DNA of 64,000 nt from the NCBI GenBank assembly GCA_973895155.1, contig OZ316896.1, positions 11,794,830-11,858,829 on the forward strand, written 5' to 3'. The notes under the pieces are model-generated. The model did not search any database. It was not told where the DNA came from and was given only the letters and a program-made list of their open reading frames with translations. The stretch's first letter is position 1, and each line of letters begins with the position of its first letter. The stretch comes from Marsupella aquatica. Lineage: Eukaryota; Plantae; Marchantiophyta. Both the position numbers and the translations under genes were made by a program. Below are positions 25,313 to 37,896 of this stretch, one piece after another.

Positions 25313-27347
25313 GAGTTTCTGGTGGTCATACCTCGTCTAGAGGGCTAACCATAGCTCTCGTGGTGAGGTTAAGTGCAAATATTGCATTTGTAGGAATTGG
25401 TGTAGGTGTCTTCGGATAAAGACTAATGCCTGAGCCTCTTCGGCGTCTGGCATGTGGGTTTCTATGGCTCACGAGAGGGATTTGGCTTTCAGATGGGTCT
25501 TTATGTCTAAAGACCAGGCAAGGTAGTTACTACCTTCTAATTCTAAAGCGAGAAATTGCAATTTTTCTAAGTTTGCCATCTCGGAGTGTCTTGAGTGCAG
25601 CAGTGGTGTGCGTATATAGGTAGTATATATATTCAAAAGGAAATGCACATTTGCCGCATGTAATGGTAGGAGAGGGTTGAGTAAGTGTATGCAAATCAAC
25701 CTAGGTCATCGGCAAGTAAAGCGAGAATGATTAGGTTTTTGTGTGATTTATGGTTTGCACTTGATGTGTTGGATTTCTTTGTATTTGGATAAGTGCATAC
25801 TATCCTTTGTATTTTGGATTTTCTGTGTATTCTTTGTGCAGTTATGCAGGTTTGTAGTTAACTCTTTAAGTGCACATAAATACACGGAAAGCAGGAACAC
25901 TTTGTTAAATGTTGCACTTAAGGAGGGTAGCGGAGTGGAACGTCTGGCCAGCCCATACTCACCAGGATGCCTACAACTTGGCCTTCAATTCTTTGAATCC
26001 CCTCAGTGGCTTAGATGCCACTTTAGGACCAAATTCCAGCATCACCAAAAACCCCTCTGGAATCCTTGATTGGGTCATCAAAGTATTAGAACTAATTAAA
26101 ACTTTTGAAAATCAATCTCTTTCATTATTCCTACTTGTCCTTCAACAAATATACACAATGATGAGTCATTCCTAAGTTGCTACTGCGTTTAGAGAGGCTG
26201 TGACCCTGTCACAAATATCTATGCATATCTTCAATGAAATGAACCAAAATGGTCCATGCAAAGTGCATCTCAAAATAAGATAATGGATGCTCATATCTAG
26301 AGTATATATCTTCAGTTATGGAGAAGAGGTATTTTTCAACAATTTGACACCACCGCAGATGATCAAATATGCTGATGTTTTGCACATTTCTCAACATGAG
26401 ATTGATCAGTTGGGGCCATGTACACTTGGATACAAATATTGGTGCTGTTGATAGAATGAGTTTTAAAGAGGTTTGCAAGATTGGAAAACATCTCGGAATG
26501 CACGGTTGGCATACTGATTATGCTTATGATAACAAGCAATTTTTATCATTGATTAAAATGACACGATCTCGACTGTTCTTCAAAGTTTACAAATTTGAGA
26601 GCTTGAGATGGGTGTAATAGTGATAGAATCCTAGACAGACACAAAAATTAAGAACATGCTCAAATAAACATTGTTCACCGATAGCTTTGTTCAATTTTAT
26701 TCAATCTGGGTTGGACATCATTGGATGATGCCAGACATTGTTCACTGGTAGCTTTGTTCAATTTTATTCAATTTTGGCCACCGAAGAAGTCCAATGTGCA
26801 ATTCCATATATAAATATAAATATTTGATTTGTTAAAATAATTTAAAATGTATGATTGACTGATTTAATTGGACCGTGTATTGAATAGTGACCCTGCATCA
26901 TAGTATTTCACGAGTGTATATTCGAAATTAATTTTAACGAATTCAAATTCAAGTTCTCTTCCCGATCGTTCGATACGCGCGATCATCGTCTTGCTTTCTC
27001 TCTCCGGGCGGTCGGTCGAGCTCTGCCGTTTTGGTGTTCGCTTCAGTTTCCGTTGTGGAGAAGTGCTGCTTCCGACGTTCCGGTACTTGTGTTACTGTTG
27101 TGCAGTGCAGATCGGTGAGGTTGTTGCCGTGCGAAGGAGATTTTGAAGCAGAGGATTTATTTATCGAAGGAGCGGAGCGGGGGAAGCAGGAACTGAACGA
27201 AGTGACCGTTCGACATTGGTTTCCGTCGCAGATCTGGAGCAGACATTGGGACGGAAGGAAGTGTTTGTTCGGAAAGAGGGAGCGTAAGAGAGTAGAGAGT
27301 GGTGCAGGAAGGCGAAGAGCGGCAGAGAGTAGCGTGAGTAAGGCGAT

Positions 27348-27997
27348 ATGGGGCGCGGTGTGAGCAGTGGAGGAGGCCAGAGTTCTTTGGGATATTTGTT
27401 CGGAAGCGATCCCAACCCGGTCAATGGAGTGAAGGCACCCTCGGCCGCAGCTCTCGAGCAACAACAAACTGCACGTAAAGCGAGTGCCGACGCGGCTGCT
27501 CATATCGCTAGGGAGGGTCCTCCTGCCGTGAGCCAAGCTCCTAAAGAGCTTCCTGCCGCAGGGAAGGCAGGAGATAGCGGAACGTCGCTCGATATGGGGG
27601 CTGCGAGACTTGGCAGGAACTCTAATAACTATCACCGCGCAGATGGCCAAAACACCGGCAACTTCATCACGGTGAGTTTTGCTCACATTGTGCACTGGAA
27701 TTTGTGCTTGCACTCTACCTGCGTAGAGATTTTGTCCGCTCTTGGGACAATGTAGCCCCTGCCAAAGCGGTTAAAGTTCCTTATCGGGTGTGGATCTTCC
27801 ATCCACGTCCTGACCAGTTCTTTTGTACTGCCGATTTGCGTTGCGTGCCGCGATCATCCTTCAAGCTTTTCTCCAGTCATGACCATTTGAACCTGACTGC
27901 CATTGCTCATTCGCTTTTTCAGGATCGTCCGTCCACGAAAGTTCACTCGGCTCCTGGAGGGGGGTCCTCACTGGGATACCTCTTTGGGGGGAATTAG
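27348..27997 (+). CDS. SPR1: SPIRAL1-like microtubule-associated protein, 132 aa; exons 27348-27671 and 27923-27997
   Basis: MGRGVSSGGGQSSLGYLFG N-terminus; NNYHRADGQNTGNFIT|DRPSTKVHSAPGGGSSLGYLFG C-terminus; phase-0 GT..AG intron 27672-27922. Confidence 0.96.
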
Positions 27998-29629
27998 GCT
28001 CGAACTTGTACGCGATGTGGATTTATTTGTACTCGCCCCACTTACGAGGTTTTATTTTCAGGTCCCTCTTCTTTAGAGGTTGTTACTGGGGTCCGTTTAC
28101 CTCTAGCACCTCTCTTGATCTTACGACAACCTTGCCATTTTAATCTCTAATCACTTAACTGTGGTGCCTGGGAGTTATTGTATTGACTCCCCAAAAAAAT
28201 TAGCTGTCAATTGTGGAGAGTTCGATCGTGTCCAACTTTGCGCTGAATGAAGATCCGTCGGGTATCATTTATTCCTATGAAATGAAACCATTTTCGATGG
28301 AATCTGTTCTATACACTTTGGAGAACAACTGTATTGCATTGTTATGAGAAATACAGTATATGTACAGGCTGTGATTATTCTAAATTCAAAAGTTGTTGTG
28401 AACCCTCAGTTTTATCTCGATATTCGGGCCCCACCGCCCTCTTCCGGGTTACCTGATAGGTGTCTTGTGTCCCGTTGTCATGTCTCTAAGTTCTATGCCA
28501 ATTGTCTCAGTATGGCAGATTCCAGTCATTGAGTTAAGTCTCTGAGTTAAGTCTCTGTGGTGGTATTTTTGGATTTCGTGATTGCTTTATGTGGCCCCCT
28601 CTGTGTTTCGATGTTTTTCTCGTCATGGCAATGTTGTGGCCTGAAAGAGGAGACAGCATTGTTGCAGTAATTGAGGTTCAGTACTTGTCGGGGTTTCTTT
28701 TTGGATGTAGTGAACTCGTGATGGCTTCATGTTGTCCCCTATGTTCTTCGATTATTTTCTGGTCACGGCAACGTGGTGGCCTTGAGGACGAAATAGCATC
28801 GGCCACTGTTGGCGTTGATGTTATCGAGCTTCGTTCAACTGTTGAACTTTGCTCCCTGTTCGACAGTCTAGGCTCGTTAGTCCTGTCGTGCAGAAGTCAA
28901 TTTTGCACTGCGATTCAGGGTCTTCGCTGAGTAGGTATATCGTAACACGAGGAAGCGCAGCAGGATAGGATTCAGGGTCTTCGCTGAGTAGGTGTGTCGT
29001 ACCGCAGGAAGCTCAGCAGGATACTTACTTACTTACTAGGAAGGACACTTCGCTGTCTTCTTTGAAAGGGAATGAAATTTTAAATCTACTCTCGTTAAGA
29101 GACATCGCACCCTGCCAAGCAATTCAGCAGCTCTCCAGGACGAGAATTATTAATTATTATGCTGACCCATTTTGTATATGGGTTAATTGTTAGGAGCATT
29201 GAACCCAAGGTATGCAATGTGACAAGGTGTTACTGGCCGTGCTGAACCCCATTCAATATTCCCCGTGCAGAACCCCATTCAATATTCCCCAGACAACTTC
29301 ATGTTGGAGTTCTATTGTCATTAGGACATTACGCCAACCTTCATGTGCTCAGATTACTCCACTGATTTAGGTGCATTTACTAGCCATATATGACAATGCT
29401 GTTAGCATTAGTAGTATGGGACAAGGTCTGAGTTGGCCCTTGTCACGTTTCATTGACCTTGTGTGTGATAGACCGCTTCTCTCGATGCTTATCTCGTTTT
29501 GGACTCATGCGGCATAGTGCCCATCTCTTTCATGTATTTATCTCCCTCTCCTTTGCAAGATTATTAAGTTGTCTGAGAGCTATACTGCCCACGTACCAAT
29601 ACTTGGCATCGTTGTAGGAATAATGTGAT

Positions 29630-32600
29630 CGTGTAGTCACGATTAGACAGGTTCTACATCAGCGAAAAAGGAGAATGGCTTGGCGAACTGGTAGGGTTGA
29701 TTCATGAGGGTGGTTCTGCGCTCTCGGATCATGACCCTGTGGTGTTACATCTTTGTTTGGGTGACTTGGAGGGTGGTTTATCACCCATCAGGGCGGTGTG
29801 GTTCAAAGCTAACCCTGCTGTGGTGAGGAACAGGGGATTTCTGGAAGAGCTTGAAGCGGCATGGAGACAAGGCAAGGGGGACTGCTTGGATCCCTTGATG
29901 GCATTCGATAGGGCTCACTCTAGCATGCGGAAGTTGTATAGGAAGAAGCAAAGCACTCCAAGAGATCGTTGGAAGAAATGCAATTTTTACGCAATAAGCT
30001 GCGCATACTCAAACTATCCCTGCCGGAGGAGCAATCTGAGGAAGACCTGAGTATGTACATTGACGCTGAGGACCAACTGCATGCAGCTGAGCTAGAAGAA
30101 ACACATATTGGGAGGAGGCTTGCCCGGATCAAATAACTCGGGGAAGGAAACGAGCCCTCTAAATTTTATTTTGCAACTGTAAAAGCAAAAAGAAACAGGG
30201 AGGCCATGAAGACTTTGATTGTTGAGGGAGGACTGGAAATCACGGATCCGGTGATGATTCTGAAAGAAGTAGTAAAACAGTGCAAGGATCTGTATGCCCC
30301 ACTTGCTCCCTCAGCGGCCGAGAATGGAGAGATGTTGCATGCGAGGAGAGAGTTGTTGGCTCATACTAGCCACTCTTTATCCACTGTAGAGTTGACTAAG
30401 ATGGAAAGACTCCCAGATTGCAAGGAAATACAAGAGACTGTATGGAGGCTGCCCCTAGATAAGACTCCTGGACCAGATGGGATGACTGCTGAGGTGTACC
30501 GGGCATGCTGGGAGTTCATTCAGGTGGATTTGACTGCCATGATACACGTTTCTGGCTGACTGGGGAGTTGGCGGCAGGGGTAAAGGATGGGATAATTAAA
30601 TTTATCCCCAAAAAACCAGACAAGCGATTTTTGAAGGATTGGCAACCTCGAACTATGTTGAATACAATCTACAAACTTATTGCCAAGATTGTAGCGAATA
30701 GGCTGAAGCTCATATTACCTAAATTGATAAACGCCCAGCAGACAGGGTTCATCCCGGGGAGGAACATTTTGGAAAACATATCTCTTGCCTGGTTAACCTG
30801 CGATTGGGTGAAGAATAGGAAACAGGAATATAGGAAACAGGAATCTTTGTTTCTCAAGTTGGATTTTGAGAAGGCATTTGATAGAGTTAACCACGAGTAT
30901 ATTTGGGAGACGATGCACTTATTAGGGATCTGTAGTCACTTTATTAAGCTGGTGCAAGCTTTGTTAACAGATGCCATGTCACGAGCAATGGTGAATGGCT
31001 TCCTTTCTAAGACCATTGGGCTGAATTGTGGAGTCAGACAAGGATGCCCACTATCCCCATTACTTTTCATCCTATCAACACAACCACTTATGAATCTCAT
31101 GGATGCAGAACTGAAGGTTGGGAGGTTACTTGGGATTAAAATCTCTAAGACACTTACAATCTGTTACAGATTATTTGGAGATGACCTAGGAATGATCCCC
31201 GCTACAGAGTGCAATTTTCAAATGGCAAGAACAGTGCTGAATTGTTACAAAACTACCACAGGAGCAAAACTTAATTGAGGAAATCTGTTGTGATCCCTTT
31301 AGCCATACTGTGTATCCCACAATGGCTGATAAACACTGGATGTCTGATCAACAGACGTGGGGAGACCCAAAAATACCTTGGTGCCCCTCTGGGAGTTGAT
31401 CTGAGGACCGATCAGCTGCATCGATTTGTTTTAGACAAGGTCAGAGCACGGCTATCCTCATGGGCAAACAAGTTATTATCCTTTTCTGGAAGGGTTCAGT
31501 TAGTTAGAATGTACTCTAGGCTATTCCTATCTACCACTCAATGTTCCTAAAGGCTTCAGAAAGTTTGGCTAAGAAACTGATTGCACTGTGCCGAGACATT
31601 CTATGGGGATATAACCCGGAGGGGGGAAAACGGGTATCGCTTGTCTCTTGGGCCAGGATGGCCAGGCATAGAGTGGAGGGAGGACTTGGTCTAAAGGACC
31701 TTCACTACCACTCCGATGCTTTCCTTTCAAAGTGGTTTACATGGGCTCTTGACTCTCCCCACACTGAATGGGCAGGAATTTTTGGTGAAAACTTGAAGTT
31801 GGTTGGATGGCAGAACTTCAAGCTGATTCGTAGGAACAAGTACTCTTTCCAAGATAAAATGCTTTTGTGTTGCCCTCGTTCGTTTAATGGTCTGACATAC
31901 ACAGGGGGACTTTGGAAAGCATGGATCTGGATTCGTGCGTACTTAATCTTTTTGCCGTCCCACGAGATGCCCGGGAGGTGGAATGTGAACAACACTCTGC
32001 AATGTTTCAAGGGCCTACAATCCTGGCCTAACCAGGACTACGCTGTGGTCACGATGTTGTGCGGTCGCATGGGCATCCGGTGCGTCCAGGACCTATGGGA
32101 CAGGGAGCTGAATGAATGGCGCATTCTAGATGGAGTACTGGAGCATACCAGGGGCTTCACAGTGAGAGAGAACTGTTGCAGAGATTTTTTGGGGAAGATA
32201 AGGACCATTGTGGGCTGCAGCATGTACCACGAGCCAGGTCCGGGAGACTGGTCTTGGGCTGATCGACCAACAGCACTGAAGTCTTTTGGTGGATTGCATG
32301 ATTGAGGACTACCATTTTAGTCCTTTTTTCTCCATAAGAAAGGACTCCATGAGCACTTAATAGGAGTCCATGAGCACTGAATGTGCCATATATCCCTTGA
32401 TGGCTAGGATTGAGTAGTTGAGATTGAAAGGTTAGATCTTGCATGCCAAGTCTTTTGGAAGTGTGTCCACACTTTTCGAAAGTCCTTACCTCTTGGAAGT
32501 GTGCCCAACATTTGTGGGAGTGTGTCATGAAGTATTTTTTACCTAAGATGTGCTAATCTTGGCCGTTGATAGTCCTTGGATTAGTGAAAGGACTGGAGAC

Positions 32601-33553
32601 TTTTTTGCCTCCTTTGGTAGTCCTCAATCATGCAATCCACCTTTTAGGATCAACAACCGGAGGGCCTATATTCTCATTTGCCCTGCGGTAGCTGACTACG
32701 CCACTCTGAACCAAACTTGGGATTGCATCAAAACGGAGGCTGATTGGAACACAAGTTGGGCAGGTTTGTGGGGTTCAGACTTGTCTTCTAGGGCCAAGAC
32801 CTTCATATGGAGGATCCTGGCCTCTGGGTTGTTCACTGGTGTGAGAGCCGCCCGCATTGGCAAGGGAGACGGCCACTGTAAATTGTGTATCGGGGTAGTT
32901 GAAACTACTCCTCACCTTTTTACCAAGTGTATGCATGCTAGAAAATGTTGGGCTCTGGGAGCTGGATGTTTCCAAGGCACCTTTATGGATTACTCAGACC
33001 ACATGCTGATGATGGACGATCTGACAGTCCGGAAAGATCATCTCAGGGTAGCTAAACTATTTGTATTTTACCAGATCCTTTGGTCTCTTTGGCTGGGGCA
33101 AAACACATAGTTGTTTCAGGCCAACGGCTGTAGGAAATTTGATCTTAGATTCATATTATCAGAAGCTGTTGATCATGTGACTGCTGTTGGTCTATGCTTG
33201 TCCCTGGGAAGGCGGCACACTAGATTGCTAAGGGTGAAAGAGCTCATTAACAGGAAAGAATAGCTTGGTTGCATAGACGGGATGTATGGATATCCTCTGA
33301 GTGAGACCCGGTCTTAACCTGATGGCCACTCCCAGAGGGATTGATGGGCTGCACTATCCCTTCCCTTTGGAGACTCCTGGTAAGACTCAGGGTGGCCCCG
33401 GGGTAGCATTGGTTACGATGACACTTTGCTGGTTGTGATGTTATTTGATACCTGTCTGTCCTTCCAGAGGCATTGCTGTTTGTTGGTTGTGATTGGCCTG
33501 GTTGTTTCCCCTCTGCCATGGGGTTTTCATGGCTAACTTATTAATGAAAAAAA
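29630..33553 (+). mobile_element. 5'-truncated L1-clade LINE remnant
   Basis: Endonuclease end SRLDRF..LSDHDPV; RT KTPGPDG, FIPGRNI, LDFEKAFDRV, GVRQGCPLSPLLF, LFGDD, KYLG; EGGLG; zf-RVT (FIWR..CKLC..HLF..C); short A-tail at ~33547. Probable insertion around 32300-32680. Confidence 0.9.
30505..31278 (+). pseudogene. LINE reverse transcriptase core
   Basis: Non-LTR RT motifs as listed for the element. Confidence 0.9.
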
Positions 33554-35593
33554 TGCATTTCAAGGAAAACCGCTAGGCTGCTAAGTCATTTTAGCCGTTT
33601 GTCATGAGTTAACCAGTGGGTACTGTGGTGCGTCGCATGGCTCCCTAAACCCAAGAAACCCCCCTGCACAAGCCGATCCCACAGGTTTCGCTCTCGGCGA
33701 GGCCGGTTCCGCGGCTTAATGGCATGGGACGCTGCTAACTCTCTTCTACTAACATTTTACACACATATACTGGACAGATCCTTCATCGGGTCATGAGATA
33801 CGTAGCCGGCCTATTCTATGCCTTCCTCTCCTTGTCTTCCTTTAGGTATGTTTGGATTCCGTCGCCGGAATGATCCCCAACTGGCTTGGGTTAGCCGCTT
33901 AGACCTCTCTCAGCTCAACACATTCAACTCTTACTACCTTGCTTACTCCCTTCTCTCTTGGTTGATGTGGGCAATCTTCAAACAAGTTAATGCGACACAC
34001 AAATAGCAAAATGACTCCTTCTGATTGAGTTATACCATGCACTTGCCATACAAACAGTACTTTTCATACACAAGATCTGCGAACTAAGCCGTGAGGCCAA
34101 CTCTATTCATCTCTTAGGCATGAGGAAACATGAATATACACAAGAGTCACTGTATAACTAACCGAGAGCTTCTTTTACTACTTGATCCCAGCCTTGCTAG
34201 TGCACTAAAAACTTGCTAAAGAAGAAGGACCTGAACTCCCCGCTGCCCAGGTACTTATCATGGCAGTGGATCTGCCTAATTCCTTGCAGCGTAAGCCTAA
34301 TCTATCATAACTATAATCTACCTATGTACAGCGAGGCAGGAGCACAAGTGTTGCTCTTACCAGTGGGTCCGCAATCCCACTAATCTAAGTGTCAGGGCTG
34401 ATCCTCAATGGACGCCCCCAACGCTTCCTCCGCAGCCACTGCCGTAGGTCCATCCTCTGACAGATTACCTGCCCCAGACCCAATCAACTCTCCCGCGGCC
34501 TGACCGGGTCCACCCTCGGCTTTGGCCTCAGCATCAGCCACGGCCTCCGATACGGCTATGGCCTCCCCGGTCTGCTCTAGTGGTGGATCCGGTACCCCAA
34601 CTTTATCACTGATTTTCCGGCCTCGGTTTTGCCATCCCCGCCTTCTAGGACAGTTGAATCCTCTATCGTGACCCCGCCTGAGGCTGGTGCCGCGTTCTCC
34701 TCCTTGGTCACGGTGGCTTGAGAAGCCGCATTGCTCCCTGACCCAGAAGGTTTCCGCTTCTTCTTCCCTGGTTTGGCAGCTGGTCCCTTCCACTTGCCAC
34801 TTACCTTCGGCACCGGTGCAAGTGTCGTGGCTTGTCCTTCGGCCAGTACTACCCCTGGCAACTTTGTTGCCACAATTGGAGTTTGAACTGATGAAGCTAA
34901 GCACTTAAATACTGCAGCTTGTTTCTTCAGCCGCCTTGTTTGATCGTCGGCCCTCCGCTGTAAATTCTCCATCTTCCTCGTGCTTTCCTCCAACTCCTCT
35001 TGTGTTTCATCCAGGTCCTTGCGCGCCACCTTCAACTCCTTCTGGGCTTCTTCCAATTCCTTCCTTAAGGTAGCCCTCTCTTCCCGGGTTGCTCTCAACT
35101 CCTTGTCGAGCTCCATTACAACCTCAGACTCCATCTGGTTCATCTTGGCGTAAGTCTGATCAAGCTGGTCGTCCTTCTCACGCAGGTTGGCCTTGAAGCT
35201 GGCCGTCAAGGATGCAAGCTCCTGTTGCAGCACAATAATCCCTTGACAAGATTTCCCTAACTCGACCTCCTTCTGCTCAAGGGCTCCGCGGAGATCCTTG
35301 AGCTCCCCTTTCAACGCCCTCTCTTTCCTCTGGGTCTCCGCCATGGCCCGATTGTTGGTTGCTATGTGGGCCTCCTCTGCGTCCCTCAGCTCCCGCTTCC
35401 ACTTTTCCTTTTCCTTGACCTCGTCGGCCAACTCCCCTTGGGTCCGAGTCAGTTTATCCTTGATAATCTGATTATCAAACTGAGCGGTATCCAGTTGCCC
35501 CTGCATGATGTTTAGCTCATGCCGCTTAATCCGCACCTCATCTTGGGCTTTCTTGGCCGCCTTCAGGTCTTCCGCCTTGGCTTCCTTCTCCCT

Positions 35594-35890
35594 CTCGGGG
35601 GTCTCACTATATGGGGACCTCCCCATCGCCTGCGACGTTTTTAGGGCTCGGACCCCCTAAAATATAAGAATTTATTTTTATTTTTTAACCCCTATAAAGT
35701 TGGAATATTCTTGGAATATTCTAAAAATTGGATTAAAAAGGCCCTAATGTTCTTATAAGTCTCAAAATTGAATTTGAAAGACCCTACTGTTCTTCTACAA
35801 AAATTCTGAAGTCTTCCCTTAGAACCAATAAAATGACCCTATCCTTCGTCGCACGTGATATGCCATTTTCGTGGAAGTGAAACCCCCGAG
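35594..35890. mobile_element. hAT-like MITE (297 bp)
   Basis: 15-bp TIR CTCGGGGGT(C/T)TCACT; 8-bp TSD TTCTCCCT (35586-35593, 35891-35898); absent from copies 1 and 3. Confidence 0.88.
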
Positions 35891-37455
35891 TTCTCCCTAA
35901 GCCGTCCGATGACCTTGTCCTTCTTTCTTCTTTCCAAAGCCACCACTTCTTCCAATCGGCGTTTTTCCAACATCTCCCTCTGGAAAAAGGGTCCCTGCTC
36001 CAACTCCTCCCCAAAGATGCTGAGCGCAAGTTCCCCACACATCTCCCTGTACTCCATGGCTCTTTCTTGCGCATAGATGGAGTGAGTAGTAGTCACTGGT
36101 ATCAACCACCGTAGCCTTTGTTCCCAAGCTGCCTTTCGGATTTCTTCTATCGTGGCTGGAGGTGTGCTTTGTGTTTCTACAAGCCGCCGGATGTCCTCTG
36201 GCCATTCTCCCCCAAGTAAATCCTTCTCTTTGGCCAGGGCTGTCTCCTCTTTTTCCCTGAGCCGCTCCTCAAACTCCTGTGCCGTTTGTTTTATCCCGTC
36301 AAATCTCTGGGGAGTGACATTTGATGGGGGAGACTTGGGGCTGTTTTGCTGTTCTGTCCCCTTGAACTACTCTAGGAAGCATGGGGATGAAACGGCCATA
36401 GGTCCTTACTCCTGGGACATGATGGTCCGACCCGTAGCCGGAGTCATCATTGTCGTAGTCCTCCACCGCCTCTCCTCGGCTTGGACTACTGGCTCCCCCC
36501 ACTGCTCTCCTGGTCTTGCTGTGAACACGGCCTCCTGCCAAACATAGCTCACGGGTCCTAGTTCCTCCTTCGGCTTGCAGGCTATCCTCTCCCTCTATTT
36601 ACCTCGACCAGGAGCTTTAGGCTGCTTTACCTCGGCTTCTGGACTCGAGGCTCCTACATACATTCGAACCCCCGACTCGTGTTCCGGCCTCCTTCTTTCC
36701 TTGGCTCCGGTAAAGGGGTTTTCCCTCCTGAGTCAGCTTAGGCCAACTTTTGGGGCAGTGTCCTGTACCGGTGTCGTTGCCATCGCAGCCCTCTTTTCCT
36801 TCTCCAGCAATTTTAGAAGATTCTGCATGCCTGGTTACTGCATCGGCAAGTCTTCCATCCTTGGCCTAAACACTTGCTCGATTGTAGGACTGCCAGGCTG
36901 GTTTGGTTTCTCTGCTGCCGGCCTCTATTCCGGAACTTCCTCTGGTGCCCTTGCCTGCAGGGGAAGTACTGGGGCAAAGATCTGACTCCGGGCATACCGG
37001 CACAACAGCGGCATGTGATAGCCAAGCCGAGACACACTTTCCTTGCCGATCACCTGCTGTTCCTCCTTCAAGATCTTCTTCAGTTGGGTGAGGAGGTACC
37101 CGTTGTAGTCTCGGCTTGGGTCTGGCCTCTCCGCCAGGTAGACTTGTGCCTTGCCAATCTCTGGCCTCGGCAAGTTGCAATGCATGGTTACCTGCAGGAA
37201 ATCAATTATCTCCCCAATGTGCGGGTTGGTGCAGGTGTTCTGGAAGAAGCCATTCTTTGTTGATGGCCCTGGGAACAATCGGAACTCCTTGTCCGGCAAG
37301 GTCTTCTTGGTATCTACTTTGGTCTTATTGCCCATCGGCAAGCCAAACACTTTGGCAATCACCTGGGGAGTGAGATAGAACTCTTTCCCATAGATCCTTG
37401 TGGAATTTGTCTTGGGCTCCCATGGGTATAACCACCGTGCTAGCAAATAGATATT

Positions 37456-37608
37456 CTCATACGAGCCAATTTTGCCTCATACAAGCAAAATTTTGTCTCG
37501 TACGAGTAAACAAGTTCCTCGTATGACCATATCTATTTACTCGTACGAGTTTCTGTTTTCTTGTATGAGTTTCTGTTTTCTTGTATGAGTATTTTTTTCT
37601 TGTATGCA
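37456..37608. repeat. Subterminal array of the 10-bp palindrome CTCGTACGAG, ~20-bp period
   Basis: Copies at 37456, 37476, 37497, 37518, 37540, 37560, 37580, 37599. Confidence 0.8.
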
Positions 37609-37896
37609 TTTTAGTTTCTTCTCTTCACGGTATGTAGCGTCCATATATGCAATAATTGTGTGGACAATATTATGGTGGGTCCCACCATTGTACAACATTA
37701 GAGGAAATTTCTCGATGATTTCACACAAGGACTCCAATATATTGCCACGAAATATGAAGTCAAAACAAAGTCATACAATACTAGCGCCCGACGCTAGTAT
37801 AGTATTATACAAAAAAACAACACTTTAAGAACTCACACTTCTGCCCGTTAGAAAAGACAAACTACAATTGTAGCTGTTCAACGATCAAGCAACAGT

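Larger units (their letters stand above)
21372..25600 (-). mobile_element. Ty1/Copia retrotransposon remnant, Bianca-like lineage, 3'-truncated in RNase H
   Basis: gag MANLEKLQFLALELEGSNYLAW, CHQCGMSNH knuckle; protease CIIDSGTTH; integrase RVDNAGEF..QNGLAE; RT LKALYGLKQSGR, IYVDDL; RNase H VGYADAGYLSD..SWKSVKQT, then an abrupt join to the Gypsy sequence. Confidence 0.92.

Noticed and set aside
26949-27713. 254-aa minus-strand ORF
   Set aside because: Antisense to SPIRAL1 exon 1 and its UTR; no independent support.
26668-29020. Short direct duplications at ~26668/26735 and ~28912/28970
   Set aside because: Ordinary local tandem duplications with no further structure.
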